This document shows, piece by piece, positions 49,499 to 62,800 of a stretch of DNA of 64,000 nt; positions within the stretch are counted from its first letter, which is position 1, and every line of letters starts with the position of its first letter. Made by a program: the position numbers and the translations under genes. The stretch spans positions 248,062,001 through 248,126,000 of the forward strand of contig OZ024743.1 in assembly GCA_964016885.1 (NCBI GenBank), given 5' to 3'. The notes under the pieces were generated by a model. It did not search any database. It worked only from the letters and a program-made list of their open reading frames with translations, and was not told the DNA's origin. The DNA is from Eledone cirrhosa. Its lineage: Eukaryota.

Positions 49499-51217
49499 TG
49501 TCATACCAAAAGATTGCAGTAGCATCATTGTCAACTGCTACAAAGGTAAAGGTGATGCACTAGATAGAGGTATAAAGCTGATGGACCAGGTCATGAAAAT
49601 AACAGAAAGAGTTATAGCACAGTTGATTAGGGACCGGGTGAAACTAGATGAGATGCAATTTAGGTTTGTACCAGGAAGAGGCACCACTGATGCCCTCTTC
49701 CTTGTGAGGCAGTTACAGGAAAAGTACCTAGCTAAAAGTAAGCCACTCTACCTGGCATTCGTCGATCTCAAGAAAGCCTTTGACAGAGTTCCACGTGCTA
49801 TAATCTGGTGGGCTCTTAGAAAACTAGGAGTAGATGAATGGCTTGTGAAAGCTGTACAAGCCATGTATAGGGGAGCAGTCAGCAAAGTTAGGATTAGCAA
49901 TGAGTATAGCGAGGAATTTAGCGTACAGGTTGGTGTCCACCAGGGCTCTGTTCTTAGCCCTCTCCTGTTCATCATAGTCCTGCAGGCAATAACGAAAGAG
50001 TTTAAGACCGGATGCCCATGGGAATTCCTGTATGTAGATGACCTCGCACTTATAGCTGAACCTATGGTAGAACTAGAGAAGAAATTCCAAACTTGGAAGC
50101 AGGGACTAGAAAGAAAGGGTCTCAAAGTCAAGTAGACAAGAAAACAGAACCCAGATCCCCTCAGGGAAATGGCCTTGCTCAGTATGTAGGAAAGGTGTAG
50201 GTAGGAACTCCATTCTCTGCCCCAAATGCAAACAATGGGTACACAAGAGATGTAGCAGGATCTCAGGAAGCTTAATTAAGAATGTAGGCTTCACCTGTAG
50301 CAGCTGTGCTGGGACAGCAAGCAGCAAACAGCCACAGGAAACAAGTACCACCAATCTCTGGGAGGGCTCTGTAGATACAGTAGACAGCTTCTGCTACCTA
50401 GGTGACCGAATTAGCAGCGGAGGTGGGTGTTCAGAAAGTACAATAACTAGGGTAAGAACGGGATGGAAGAAGTTCAGGGAACTACTGCCACTGCTAGCTG
50501 CAAAAGGCTTCTCCCTCAAAATGAAAGGCAGACTGTATGATGCCTGTATCCGAACAGCAATGTTACATGGTAGTGAGACCTGGGCGCTGAAGGTGGAAGA
50601 CTTACGTAGATTAGAAAGAAACGAAGCCTGCATGCTCTGATGGATGTGTAATAGTAATATACGCAAACGGCAAAGCATAAATGAATTGAGAGAGCGACTG
50701 AGCATAAGAGGAATCAAATGCTGTGTGCAGGAGAGGCGGTTGCGCTGGTATGGCCATGTGATGCGTATGAAGGATGACAGCTGCATAAAAAGGTACAGAG
50801 CACTAGAAGTCAATGGAAACCGTGGAGTGGGGAGATCCAAGAAGACCTGGGATGAGGTGATAAAAGCCGACCTTACCCAATTACACCTCTCAAAGGCACG
50901 CAGTAATACAGAGTACTCAACCTCCCATGGGTACCAGCTGAAGCATATAGACAATATGCCCCACACCCTCCCACTGCAAAGAAGCACCCAGCCCACACTG
51001 TAAAGTGGACATGTAGGCGCCACGGAAAAAAGCACCCAGCACTCACTGTAAATGAGGTTGGTGTTAGGAAGGGCATCCATCTGTAGAAATCAAGCCAAAA
51101 TCAGTTCCTGTATGAGCAAGGCATGGTCAGCCGACCAGACACTGCCCACAACAGGACAACCCATCTAACCCATGCTAGCATGGAAGAATGGACGTAAAAC
51201 GGTGATGATGATGATGA
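49499..51217 (+). mobile_element. 5'-truncated RTE-clade LINE with PHD-like finger (same subfamily as 31046-32446)
   Basis: AFVDLKKAF, QGSVLSP, YVDD and C4HC3, with small deletions, a stop and a (GAT)n tail. Confidence 0.93.
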
Positions 51218-51467
51218 TATATATATTTGTTTTGCAAGGTTTTTGATATGAAATCGTGTCGAAACAAATATTGTTATACTTGGGGATGGTCATATTTTTG
51301 TAATAATATTGCCAGAAATAACAGAACACACTCACTGTTTGGTTGGTTTTTGTTTCTGTATCTTTTAAATCTCCACTGTTAATTCATTTGGTCCTCAATG
51401 TTTATCGTTGACTGACCAACGGTCAAAAATACAGATATAATATAGATATAAACACATATATATAGTC

Positions 51468-51511
51468 TAACAAAGTTCTTTCGTTGCACATCTGCAACAT
51501 CATCAGTGGTA
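51468..51511 (-). ncRNA. Type I hammerhead ribozyme motif in a (TA)n-flanked element (~51226-51720)
   Basis: tacca-CTGATGA-t gttgca gatg tgcaac-GAAA-gaa-CTT-tgtta, a relative of the 46915 motif with covarying stem II. Confidence 0.7.
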
Positions 51512-51726
51512 CTATTATGTTTCCCCTGTTGTATTGTATATCTACGCCATTTTTATTTTATCTGTTTATTTATTCATTTTTGTCTTCTTCTCTGCGCTTG
51601 CGTGTGTATAGTGTTTGGTGTGTGTTCGCGTTTGGGTGACTGTTTTGGTTATTGTATTCTGTTAGTTTACTAGTGTGTGTTTATATGTGTTTGTTGTTAT
51701 TCTGCTTGTGTATATATTTATTTATT

Positions 51727-51944
51727 TATACATACATATATATACATATATATATACATACATATATATATACGTACATATATATATACATACATGTGTA
51801 TATACATATATACATACATATGTATATACATATATACATACATATATACATACATATGTATATACATATATACATACATATATATGCATACATATGTATA
51901 TACATATATACATACATATATATATATATATACACATATATATA
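51727..51944. repeat. (TA)n/(TACA)n compound microsatellite
   Basis: Low-complexity run. Confidence 0.97.
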
Positions 51945-51949
51945 ATAAT

Positions 51950-52425
51950 GAAATTATTGTGTAGTGCTCAGGTGCACTACAACTCATCAAAGGTGCATGT
52001 ATAGTACATAGAATAATGTTCAAATGTCAGGAAAATGAACAGTGTATGAGTCATGAAATAAATGTGTGCGTCTGTATGGAGGGGGAATATTAGGTGTAGT
52101 GTTGGTGAATTTCAGGAAGCATGGAGGTTTTAAAGGAATCAGTGTCTCGACAGTTAACAACTGGTGCAGGTAGTTTGTTCCATGGAGGTTTTAAAGGAAT
52201 CAGTGTCTCGACAGTTAACAACTGGTGCAGGTAGTTTGTTCCATGCTTCAGCAACACTGAGCGTGAAAAAGTGTTTCCGAAAGTCATGGGAGCTGTGCTG
52301 TTTTCTGACTTTGTGAGCTTGCCCACATGTGTTAGACACATGGAAATCAAAAAGGTGCTCAGAGTTGTTGTTAGCAAGATGGTTAATGATTCTGTGGGTG
52401 TTTACCAAGTCAGTTGCCAGACGTC
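51950..52425 (-). mobile_element. CR1/L2-group LINE 3' end with 61-bp tandem duplication
   Basis: HKVRKQHSSHDFRKHFFTLSVAEAWNKLP...SFK is a typical CR1-group ORF2 C-terminus. 52120-52180 is repeated at 52181-52241. Confidence 0.75.
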
Positions 52426-54074
52426 AGAACATATATATATATCATCATCATCATATATATATATATATGTAATTTTTAAAAATTGGAGTAAGATTTAACT
52501 GCCATTTCTAACAGGTCAGTGCCACTGAGAAGAAATAAGTATTCTCCAACTGCTTCATTTACAAATATATTTGTTTAGGGCTATATATGGATTTGAATGC
52601 AGAGTAGTAGTTCAGCAGTGTTGCACTTCATTTAGCAAATAAAACTAAATTTTGTAGCTTATATATTCAATTCCCCCAAACCTGTTTATTAAGATGATGA
52701 TAGAAATATATTAGTATTCCTTCAAAACGACTGAAACCATCAACTGTGTCAACAGAGCTACATGGTATTGTAGGACTCTTAAATAAATCATATCTTATTA
52801 ATATATTAAATACTGCTTCTATATACATTTATGTCTAATGGAAAGAAATTTACAACTCATATCTATGTAGGCTTAGTTGGTTTCCTGTGAGGTTGTATTA
52901 CATGGGTGTTTTATTGATAGGGCCCTAGTCATATGAAAAGCAATGTGAAATGAACCATCTTGCTCAAGAACACAATCTGCCACCAGTACAGAAATCTCCC
53001 CCACAAACTTATGATTGAGAGTCCAACACTCTAACCACTAGACTATGTGCCTTCACAGACACATCCTTTCCATGATGGGAACAGCATTTAAAGCAGATGT
53101 TTAAGCGGCTAGTTGCATTTATGAAGACCTTCAACTGGCAAAAGTAAGAAAATCTTCGACAATCTTAATATGCTCGCTATTAACATCAATACCTGAGGAA
53201 TAGTTGTTTCTGATAATAAAACGATACAAAATTTTCCCAGCAATCAAATGGACAGCTCAAACCTTAAAAAGCAGGTTATTCTGTATACAGTTAGCAGAGA
53301 TTTTTCTTCCCATACACTACCTTAATCATAACTGTTCAAGAAGTTAGTCTTCTGAGACTAAAAGATGTCACATGAAAGTGATGTAGCTGAAGTGTGTGAT
53401 TGTCGGAGAAAAATTACTTTTCAACTGTAGGAAATGCTTAACAGTGTATTCTATGGATTCACATAAAACCTGCGCCATTCTCTAATAATATGACATCAAA
53501 TTATCTACTGGTGATAGGGATGAATATACCTACCTTCCATTTATTGCCAATAAAAATTATTAGTAACCAGATTTTTTTCAATTACATCTACTCAACTATT
53601 TTTTTATCCACTGCTGCACAAAACCTCAGTAACTGACAGCAAGTGTTGATTAGATAAGCCAGAGTTTGAGCAGCTTTGAGGCTCCCTCTATGCATTATGA
53701 CACACTATCAAGCTGTGTTTTCTCTGTATTTTTATACTTTTATGGTCTTCTCCTCAATATTTTCTGAGTGTTATATTCTTATACTGATTCCACTTTAACT
53801 GAGTCATCCCTCCTGCCTCAACTCCTCCTATCACTTATCTAGATAGTTAAACATTTTGTCAAATCCTTCATTTCTAGAACTACTTTTACATGGAATACTC
53901 CAATAATATTCTAACAAGTCTTTAACCTACAATTCAACTGAATCACCCAGCTATATATATATGTCTCCTCTTAACAGGGCCTGAAATACCTAATATAACA
54001 AACAGTGGTTTCTAACACAGGCACAAGTCCATATATTTTAGAGGGCAGTCCCTCCTGTAAGATAACATGATAAA

Positions 54075-54772
54075 AGAGCATCTAGGCCCCCTTGCAGAGT
54101 GATCTTTGCTGGTGACATGACAAATAAAGTATCCAGTTTACCCTGTAAGGTGGTCATGTTGGTGACATGACAAGAAGCAGCCAGTACACTGTGTAAAGTG
54201 GTTGCATGATGGCACGACAGAAAGCGCCTGGTCTGTCCCATATGTTCGTCAGGTTGGTGACATGACAATGCGCATCCAGTCTGCCCTGTAAGGTGGTTGT
54301 GTTGGGGACATTATAAAACACTGAGTCCACTCTGTATCATAGTAATGACACAATAAACGCCCAGTCCACCCTGTAATAAAGTGGTTGTGATGGTGACAAC
54401 AAAAAGCACTCAGCCCAACAGTGGTGACACAATAAAAAGTGCCCAGTCCACACTGTGAAGTGGTTGTTTTGGTGATGTGACAAAATGTGTCCAGTCCATA
54501 CTGTAAAGTGGTCATTTTGGTGCCACAATAAAAAGCACCCAGTTCTCACTGTAAAGTGATCGTGTTGGTCTCATGACAAAAAGTGACCAGTCATTTTGGT
54601 CATATGATAAAAAGCATCTAGTCCACACAATAAATGTGGTTGGCATTGGGAAGGACATCAAGTTGTAGAAACCAAGCCAGAAACAGTTCTGTATGAGCAA
54701 GACTCAGTCATCTGATCTGACTTGTGTCACAATGGGACTAACATGGAAAAATGGACATTAAATGATGATGAT
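54075..54772 (+). repeat. Diverged ~40-bp tandem array derived from the RTE/SINE 3' UTR, ending in the SINE tail
   Basis: More than ten units resembling caccagtccacactgtaaagtggttgtgttggtgacatgacaaaa, followed by ggaaggacatc...(GAT)n. Confidence 0.75.
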
Positions 54773-55041
54773 AGTTCATATCCCACCACTGGACCACAAC
54801 TAATCATGAAAGCTACAATGAATGGATGAGGATTGTGGCTCCCTGCAACCTTAATCAAGCGATGAAGATGATAGTTACTTAGATCAACCACAATACTTGA
54901 CTGGTCCTTATTTTCATAACATCAGAAGGATGAAAGACAAAGTCAACCATGGCAAGATTTAAAATTAAAAGTAGAAGTACCAAGTAAATACCAAGTATTT
55001 AATCCCAAACTCTACTCTTTCAAAAATGCAGTGGCCTTTAA

Positions 55042-55238
55042 CCCTTTAGCATTTACAATACTCTATATTTACAGTAAAGGCTTTATCTTAAATAATTATC
55101 TCACATAATATTGAATCTACAATATTTTGATGTTATTTATCTTGAGAACAGTACCTTAATGTAAGTATGAGGGGCCAGTATGAACAGAAAGAGGTGAGAG
55201 GGTTCTGGCTGGATATGGCCAGTTTAAATGTTAAAGGG
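55042..55238. mobile_element. piggyBac-like TTAA MITE
   Basis: ttaa|ccctttagcattta ... taaatgttaaaggg|ttaa. Confidence 0.78.
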
Positions 55239-56159
55239 TTAAATAAAAAATAATGATTCCCAATTTTGGTTCAAGGTCAGCAATTTTGGGATAATTGATT
55301 ATATTGACCCTAGTACTTAACTGGTACTTTATTTTATTAACGTCAGAAGGATACAAGACAAAGTTGACCTCGGTAGGATTTGAACTCATAACATAAAGAG
55401 TCAGAACAATTAATGTTAAGCATTTGTTCGGTGCTCTAACAACTGCCAATCCACTGCACTAAAAATACAAAATAAATATTGTATTTCCTTCATCTAACAC
55501 TCACCTATATTACATGTCCATACTAATACAAACATCCATATTGTATATTACATACTGATTGATATTTTTTGATAAACAACTTTACATTAGAAGATTATAT
55601 ATAAAGTTATAGTTTAGCGCAGTCGCCCTTAATGTGGTCAGTGAGTGTCAAGAGAGCATTAGATGTTTAAAAGGGTCATGAATTTTCTTAGAAATATAAT
55701 GTTTAAACCAGGTACACATTCTTATATTTTAACCCTTTAGCATTCGCATTAATTTTCAAATGTCATGCTTACACATTTTCACTGGGACAGTGTGTTATCA
55801 ATGAGAAGAAACATAACTGTTTGTCAAATATTGAAGCTAATATTTTTAAATTCTTCTCAAGCACAAACCCACAATTAGTTATTTTTTCAATTTAATTATC
55901 AGATGAACATCTTATTTTACAATTGTTTTTTATTTGAAAGGTATTCAGATACTCATATATGTGTTTGATTTATTAACACTAGTAATAAAGATTATTGTAT
56001 TTTATTTAAGATTTAAATTCTAATGTCATTCTTTGTTCGAAATTTTTATTATTTATATGCACTAGTAATATAAATCTAAACTGCAATGTATCAACATGAA
56101 ATGCAGTTCCCCAACCCATCTAGGAGATCAATAGCTCTTGATTAAGTACGTGGTCTGTG

Positions 56160-56550
56160 ATCATCATCATCATCATCATTTTACGTCCGCTTTTCCCTGC
56201 TTGCAAGGGTGGGATGGGTACTGATTTTGGCTTGATTTCTACATCTCGGTGCCCTTCCTAACACCAACCTCATTTACAGTGAGTGCTGGGTGCTTTTTTT
56301 CCGTGGCGCCTACATGTCCACTTTACAGTGTGGGCTGGGTGCTTTTTTGCCGTGGCACCTTCACGACCACTTTGCAGTGGAATGATAGGGACTCCAGTCC
56401 TATCATCTCATTTCTACAGCTGAGTAAACTGGAGCAATGTGAAATAAAGTGTCTTGCTCAAGGAAACAACACATCACCTGGTCTGAGAATTGAACTCACA
56501 ACCTTTCAATTTCAAGGCCAATGCTCTAACCACAAAGCCATGCACCTTCA
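56160..56550 (-). mobile_element. tRNA-head / CORE-like / RTE-tail SINE
   Basis: Homologous to 14686-15035. Confidence 0.85.
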
Positions 56551-56854
56551 TGATGACTCCTGATGACTTAGCTAATTCATACCTAAATGAAAAAGCAGTC
56601 AGCCATTAAATGATGATGATGATAAATATAATTTCATTACATAAATCTTCACCTCCTTTCATAATTTCCATAAAAATTTAATATAGAGGACAAATAACTA
56701 AAACAAAACACACACTGGATGGAAAAGTATAAGAAAATATGAGTAACAAACCACTGCACAAAATAAGCATTTGTTTGTTTGTTTCAATATACATATTTTA
56801 TTTAAAATATATACTGGTATATAACAGTTTTGTGTTAAACCTTTCTAAAACTTT

Positions 56855-59800
56855 CTATTCATGCCAGTCTGGTGCAGCCCAACCAGGGAGAGCAGTGCTG
56901 TATTCCCAGCCATGACCCTGCAAAAAAAAGGGGGAGGAGGAAAATATTTCTGTAAATTATAAAGAAATAAAATGACAAACATGTATCAAATAGTGTGTGT
57001 ACCCAGTTTTTAGAATAGTTACACCATGTTCCCATATGACCTGAGAAGCAACTAAAAGGGGTGATATCAGGAGGGGCATCTAGCTGTAAAACATTGCCTC
57101 AAAATGCCCCATCTAACCCATGCTAGTGTGGAAAAGTGGATGTAAATATAATTGTTTCTACTTTTGGCACAAGGCCAGCAATTACCCCAGTACTTACTGG
57201 TACTTTATTTTATCCACCCCATAAGGATGAAAGGCAAAGTTACCCTCAGACCGTAAAGGACTGCACCTCTATGCTGCAAAGCATGGCGTCCAACCTTCAA
57301 TCGATACTGCCAATCCACCACCCTTTGAATGTAAATATAATGGTTTCTAACATAGGCCAGCAATTTCGGGGAAGAGGTGAGTTGATTAAATTGATCCCAG
57401 TAGTGGAGTGATACTTTATTTTATTAACCTAAGAAGGATGAAAGGCAAAGTTGAACTCAGCAGCATTTGAACGTAGAGCCAGAAGAAATACTTCAAAGCA
57501 TTTCGTCCGATGCTTTACAGATTCTTAATGTAGGTATAATCTACAAATTTAGGGTGAAATTTAATTAAAATTTTTACAGTTAGCCTTATGTTAATGATGG
57601 ATCCTGAACGTACATCTAATGAATTAATGTGCAAGTAATTGAGTATTTCACAAATATGTGAACCCTTGATGCAATTCCCAAACCGAATCAGCATGATACA
57701 ATGTGACAAAGCTAAACCTTTGAGTTACAGTTACTGTCTAATAGATGGGCTTTCACATAGTTTCCATTTAACCATTTTCATTTACAAGGCTTTTACACTT
57801 ACCCAAGATGTCACTCAGTGGGATTGAATCAAAAACCTTTTGATGGTAAAACTAACTTCTGAACAACTTAGCCATGCAAATGAGCTTTATAAATTGTAGT
57901 TATACTGTTCTTGTGTGTAATAAGAAGTGATTAAAAGAGTTTGTGTCAGGAAGAGCATCTGGTTATAAAACATTGTAAGCATAGTAAAGTCAATGTAATG
58001 ATGATGATTTTCTAATATGCACTACGTTGTACATAAATATTTATTATACATACATTTATCTTCTATTGATTTTTAAACATTCAATCAATATGGAATAAAG
58101 TTGATAAAAATGCCTATATGCTGGATTGTTTTCAACTGATACCATACAAACTAATAAAACAAGGACAACAGATATTCATTAATTTTATCTGGTTTCCCTG
58201 TTCCAAAGTTTGGAATTATATTTACAATTAAATTTATATATACAGGAAGCATAAGATTAGTCATTACATGACCAGGACTTCAGACCTTGCAACTGCCACT
58301 GTGTTGTGCTCTAGTAAAAACTACATTAATTACCTTTATCAATCCAGTTTACAAAATAGATGATATAAAAAAATGTTGTTCACCCATCATGTTTGATAAA
58401 CAAAGCAATTAAGAATGTAAAGGTAGGGAAGGCAGCTGGACTATCTGGTATAGTTGCTGAAATACTAAAAACATTTGGTGTGGTAGGTTACGGGTTAGTC
58501 AAATGCATAATTAATCAAGAAGTACAGGATGGTGTCATACAGTGACTGGCACAGTAATATCATTGTAAACTGCTGCAAGGGCAAAGGTGATGCACTAGAG
58601 AAAGCTAACTACTGAGGCATCAAGTCGATGTACCAGGTCATGAACGTTATTGAAAGGTTTATAACACAACTAATTATAAACAGAAGCAAGCTAAATAAGA
58701 TGCAGTTCAGTTTTATACCAGGCAGAGGTATTACCAATGCCCTCTTCCTTGTGAGACAATTGCAAAAGTACTTTGCTAAGCGTAAGCCTCTACATCTAGC
58801 ATTCAGTGATCCAGTGATGGCCTTTGACAGGTTCCCTGTTCTGTAATCTGATGGGTGTTTAGGAAGCTAGGTGCTCAGTCAACTTCTGTTCATTAATCTC
58901 CTTTAGACCATAACAGAGGAGTTTAAGACCAGCTGTCCACAAGAGCTCCTGTATGCTGATGATCTAGTCATTATAACTGAATCTATGGAAGAGTTTGCAG
59001 TGAGATTCCAGGCATGGAAGAAATATCTACGATCAAAAATCTACTTAACAGAAACTAGTCTTAATAAGTAGGGAAGAATACCATGTAAGAAATGTTGCAT
59101 TAAGGACATAGGACATGGCAACCTCTCTAGTGTTAGTGACATGATAAAAAAAAAGTCAAGTACACTTTGTAAAGTCGTTGGTGATAGGAAGGGTATCCAG
59201 CCATAGAAAACCTGCTAATTGAAGGAGTGAGATGACTCTTCAGTGGTGTCAGACATGAGAACTTCCCCAGTGCTAATGCTATAAAATGCACTCAATGCAC
59301 TTTGTAGAGAGAGAGAAAGTGTGTGTGTGGGGGGGGGGGGGGGGGGGGGGCACGTGAACAAAATGTGACCCCAGATCATCTGAGAAGTCAATAGCTCCAA
59401 GTAAATACTGACTTTGTCTGTGATGACTCATCCAACCCTTGCTATAACAAGAACTGACATTAAATGATCAAAGCGTAACCTATAGTCAGTAGGCACTTCT
59501 TAACCAAAATACACCCCCGTCCCACTACCCCTACCCCCACCGCTATCTACACCACCCCTTTCGATGTAAAGCTATGTTGGTACCACAACATCCAGTCCTA
59601 AATAAATGAGGTCGTGTAGGTGTCACGACAAAAAAACACAGTCCACGCTGTAATGTAGCCGTGTAGGTAATACGGTAAAAACCTCCCAGTCCACACTGTA
59701 AATGTGGTTGGTGTTAGGAAGGGCATCCAGCCGTAGAAAACTCGCCAGACAGTCCTGAGCAAGACAACCAATCTTGCCTCAAGTGGGACAATTCCCGTCC

Positions 59801-62800
59801 AGACCCATGCTAGCATGGAAGATGGACGTTAAACGATGATGATGATGATGATGATATATCATCATCATCATTTAACATCACTTTTTTCATGCTGGCATGT
59901 ATTGGATGAGCTGTCAGTATTTAATTGGAGATACTGTCCCCCTAGAAAAAGCCAGTCTCACATGTTCCAGTTTCTACATCTGGATGCCCCTCCTATCACC
60001 AACCACTTTACAGAGTATATGTGCGTCTGTACTTTTGTTAATCTGTCTCTTCTCTTCTGTATTTGATATTGCTAATGCAGGCAGTGATATTTATTTATGT
60101 CCCGTGGCTCAAGAGTTTAACAATGCAAAGAACCATACCTTACTTTAAAAGTTTGGCATCAAGAAAGGGCAACTGGCCATAGAATTCTGCCTAATGAAAA
60201 TCTGATCCAACCCAAACAATGAAAAAAATGGATGTAAAAATGATGATGACTCAATAAGAGAACCCATGTGTGTTAACTTTAAAAATTTACCTTGTATCTC
60301 AGTGCATGTAAATACATGACCAGATCTTTTTCTTGTGGGTCTGTATATTGGGTCTTGCAGTGGATGCAGTTTTCATCTGGTATCCACTTTTCTAAATCAA
60401 ACTTTGGCCGAGGTATCTCAGTATTATTGATTGTGTCTAATATTTCAGCCTGCTCACAAGTCTTTAATCGTTTGGCAGATGGTTCTTCTTCCATATCTTT
60501 TACTTGTTCATCAATAATATCTTTGTGGTTGGAATTAACTGATTTCACTTCTTTTAATTGTTGCAGTCGGAGTTCAAAATTCGGATTTGGTCCAGCGACC
60601 CACAAACCAATATTGTGATTTTTCATCACATGTTCACTGACCTAAAATAATAAATCATTATTGATCATAAATATAATTATAATTTATTCAAGTGTATGTG
60701 TGTGAATGAGAAAGAGATTGAGAAACAGGAAAGACAGAAGGAGAGAGAGAGATTGAGTAAAAAAGAATATTTTAATATTAATGAGGTGGTACTGGCAACA
60801 CGATAAAATACACCCTGCCCACTCTGTAAAGTGGTAGTACTAGTGCCAAAATATAAGCATACAGTCCACCCTGTAAAGTGGTAGTGCTGAAGTCATGATA
60901 AAATGCTCCCAGTTTATGCTGTAAAATGGTTGGTGTTCGGAAGAGCATCCATCCATAGAAACTAAGCCCCAAAACAGATCGTACGAACAAGATGTGGTCA
61001 CCTGACCTGTATGTGATACTCCATTTAACCCATGCAAGAATGGAAAACAGACATTCAATGGTGATGATGATGATATAGACAGAGGCTTTGCCTGTGTGAT
61101 TAAGGAATTAACCACAAGTTTTCAGGCTTATTCCGACTGCATGGCACTTTGAGGAAGTGTTGTCTACTATAAATTGGGTTGACCAATGCCTTGTGAGAGA
61201 AATTTGGTACAAGAAAACTGTGTGGTAGTCTTCCATATATACATATGTATATAAAAATATACACACCTCTACACGTTTATGTTTACCCATGTCTGTTTCT
61301 ACGTTTACACTGCTTAATAACTAAAACTGTTTGGCTCAATAAATAGAGCACAATAAAAAGAAATGGAAATTGATAATTATATATATATTTGTGTAATAAA
61401 AAGTAATAATTGGATTAATGCTTCTTGTAATTAAAACATTTTGAGTTAACAAGTTAACAGTTTTTGTGTATTCTGAAATGGCTAAATACATCAAGGTTCA
61501 AACATGGTTGTTTAATTCAGAAGTTTACTTTTCAACTACATGTTTGCAAGTACCAGACTTGAAAAAATAAGTACTGGTATAATCAACTATATCCCATGAA
61601 GCAGGTGTCCCAGCATGGTTGCAGTCTAAAGATTGAAACCAGTAAAAGTATAAAAAGAATCTTAAGATCAGTTTTCTTTTATGTCAATTTAAAATAGCTA
61701 TCTACAGTGTGTTTGCAAACACAGTATATAATCATATATTATCATCATCATCATGATTGACGTTATATAAATGGTTGGTGTTAGAAAAGACATCATGCCT
61801 TAGAATTGTGCCAAAAATGAAATGCTCCAGCAAGATGTGGTCATCTGACCCAACTAGGGAGGCAATAATTTCAAATAAGAACCCACTCAGGCTATACAAC
61901 TGTCTAACCCATGCCAACATGGAAAGCGAATGTGAAAAATGTTACATGAACATATAAAATACATGTTATTGCTGTATAGATTCAGTCTTTATAAAAGTCA
62001 TATTTTTCCACATGCCAATTATAGTTGATGGGTCTATAATATACATCCTGCCATGCAATTTCATTTTGATTCATAATACTATCTGATCTAACTTTTCTAA
62101 ATCTACTTGAATCTACCCCCACTTCCCAAAACTAAAACATTACAATAGTCTGAAAGAAAATAATAAACCCGCTGCTACACATACAAAAAAAAACCCTGAT
62201 ATCAGCTTAAACCAATAAGAAAGCCTCTACATGGTTGTTGAACTTACTAGGATTAGAACCAAATCTTCCTTAAATGAGACCCTACCATGAAAATGGATAT
62301 TTAATGATGATGATAATGATAATTGGATAATGTGATATCGCATATATTATTTCCGAAAAAAAGACAGGATGGTCAAAGTTAGAATGCCTTTGGTTGCACT
62401 TCTCCTAGATTAAAGCTGACTTAGGGGTTAAACAACAACAGCAAATGATGAAGGCTTTACCTTTTCATTATCAATTTTGCACTGAAAAATAGTTCCTTTG
62501 CCAGCTTCTGGTCCCCAAGCTGTACCATTATAAAGTGGATCATTTATGATTGGATGTCCTTTCAGAAAAAAACAAATAATATTAGCACAATATCTCTTTT
62601 ATATCATATCATAGCATAGCATCAAGACAAAAGAAATTAATACATATTTCAACAGTTTTCTATCCACTTTTAATGAAGCCATGGGTTGAATATATGTTGA
62701 ATATAAAAAGTGTCACTACCAGTGATAGGAAGTCGAATTTGAACTCAGAACACACAGAGTAGAAACAAAGTTTCCTTCAACTAAATTCAATCACAAGATA

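Noticed and set aside
54075-54660. CRISPR-like regularly spaced repeats
   Set aside because: These are contiguous diverged tandem units without unique spacers, derived from a retroelement 3' UTR, in eukaryotic DNA with no cas genes.
56560-56606. CTGATGA...GAAA...GTC hammerhead-like match
   Set aside because: Stems I and III do not pair and stem II is poorly closed.
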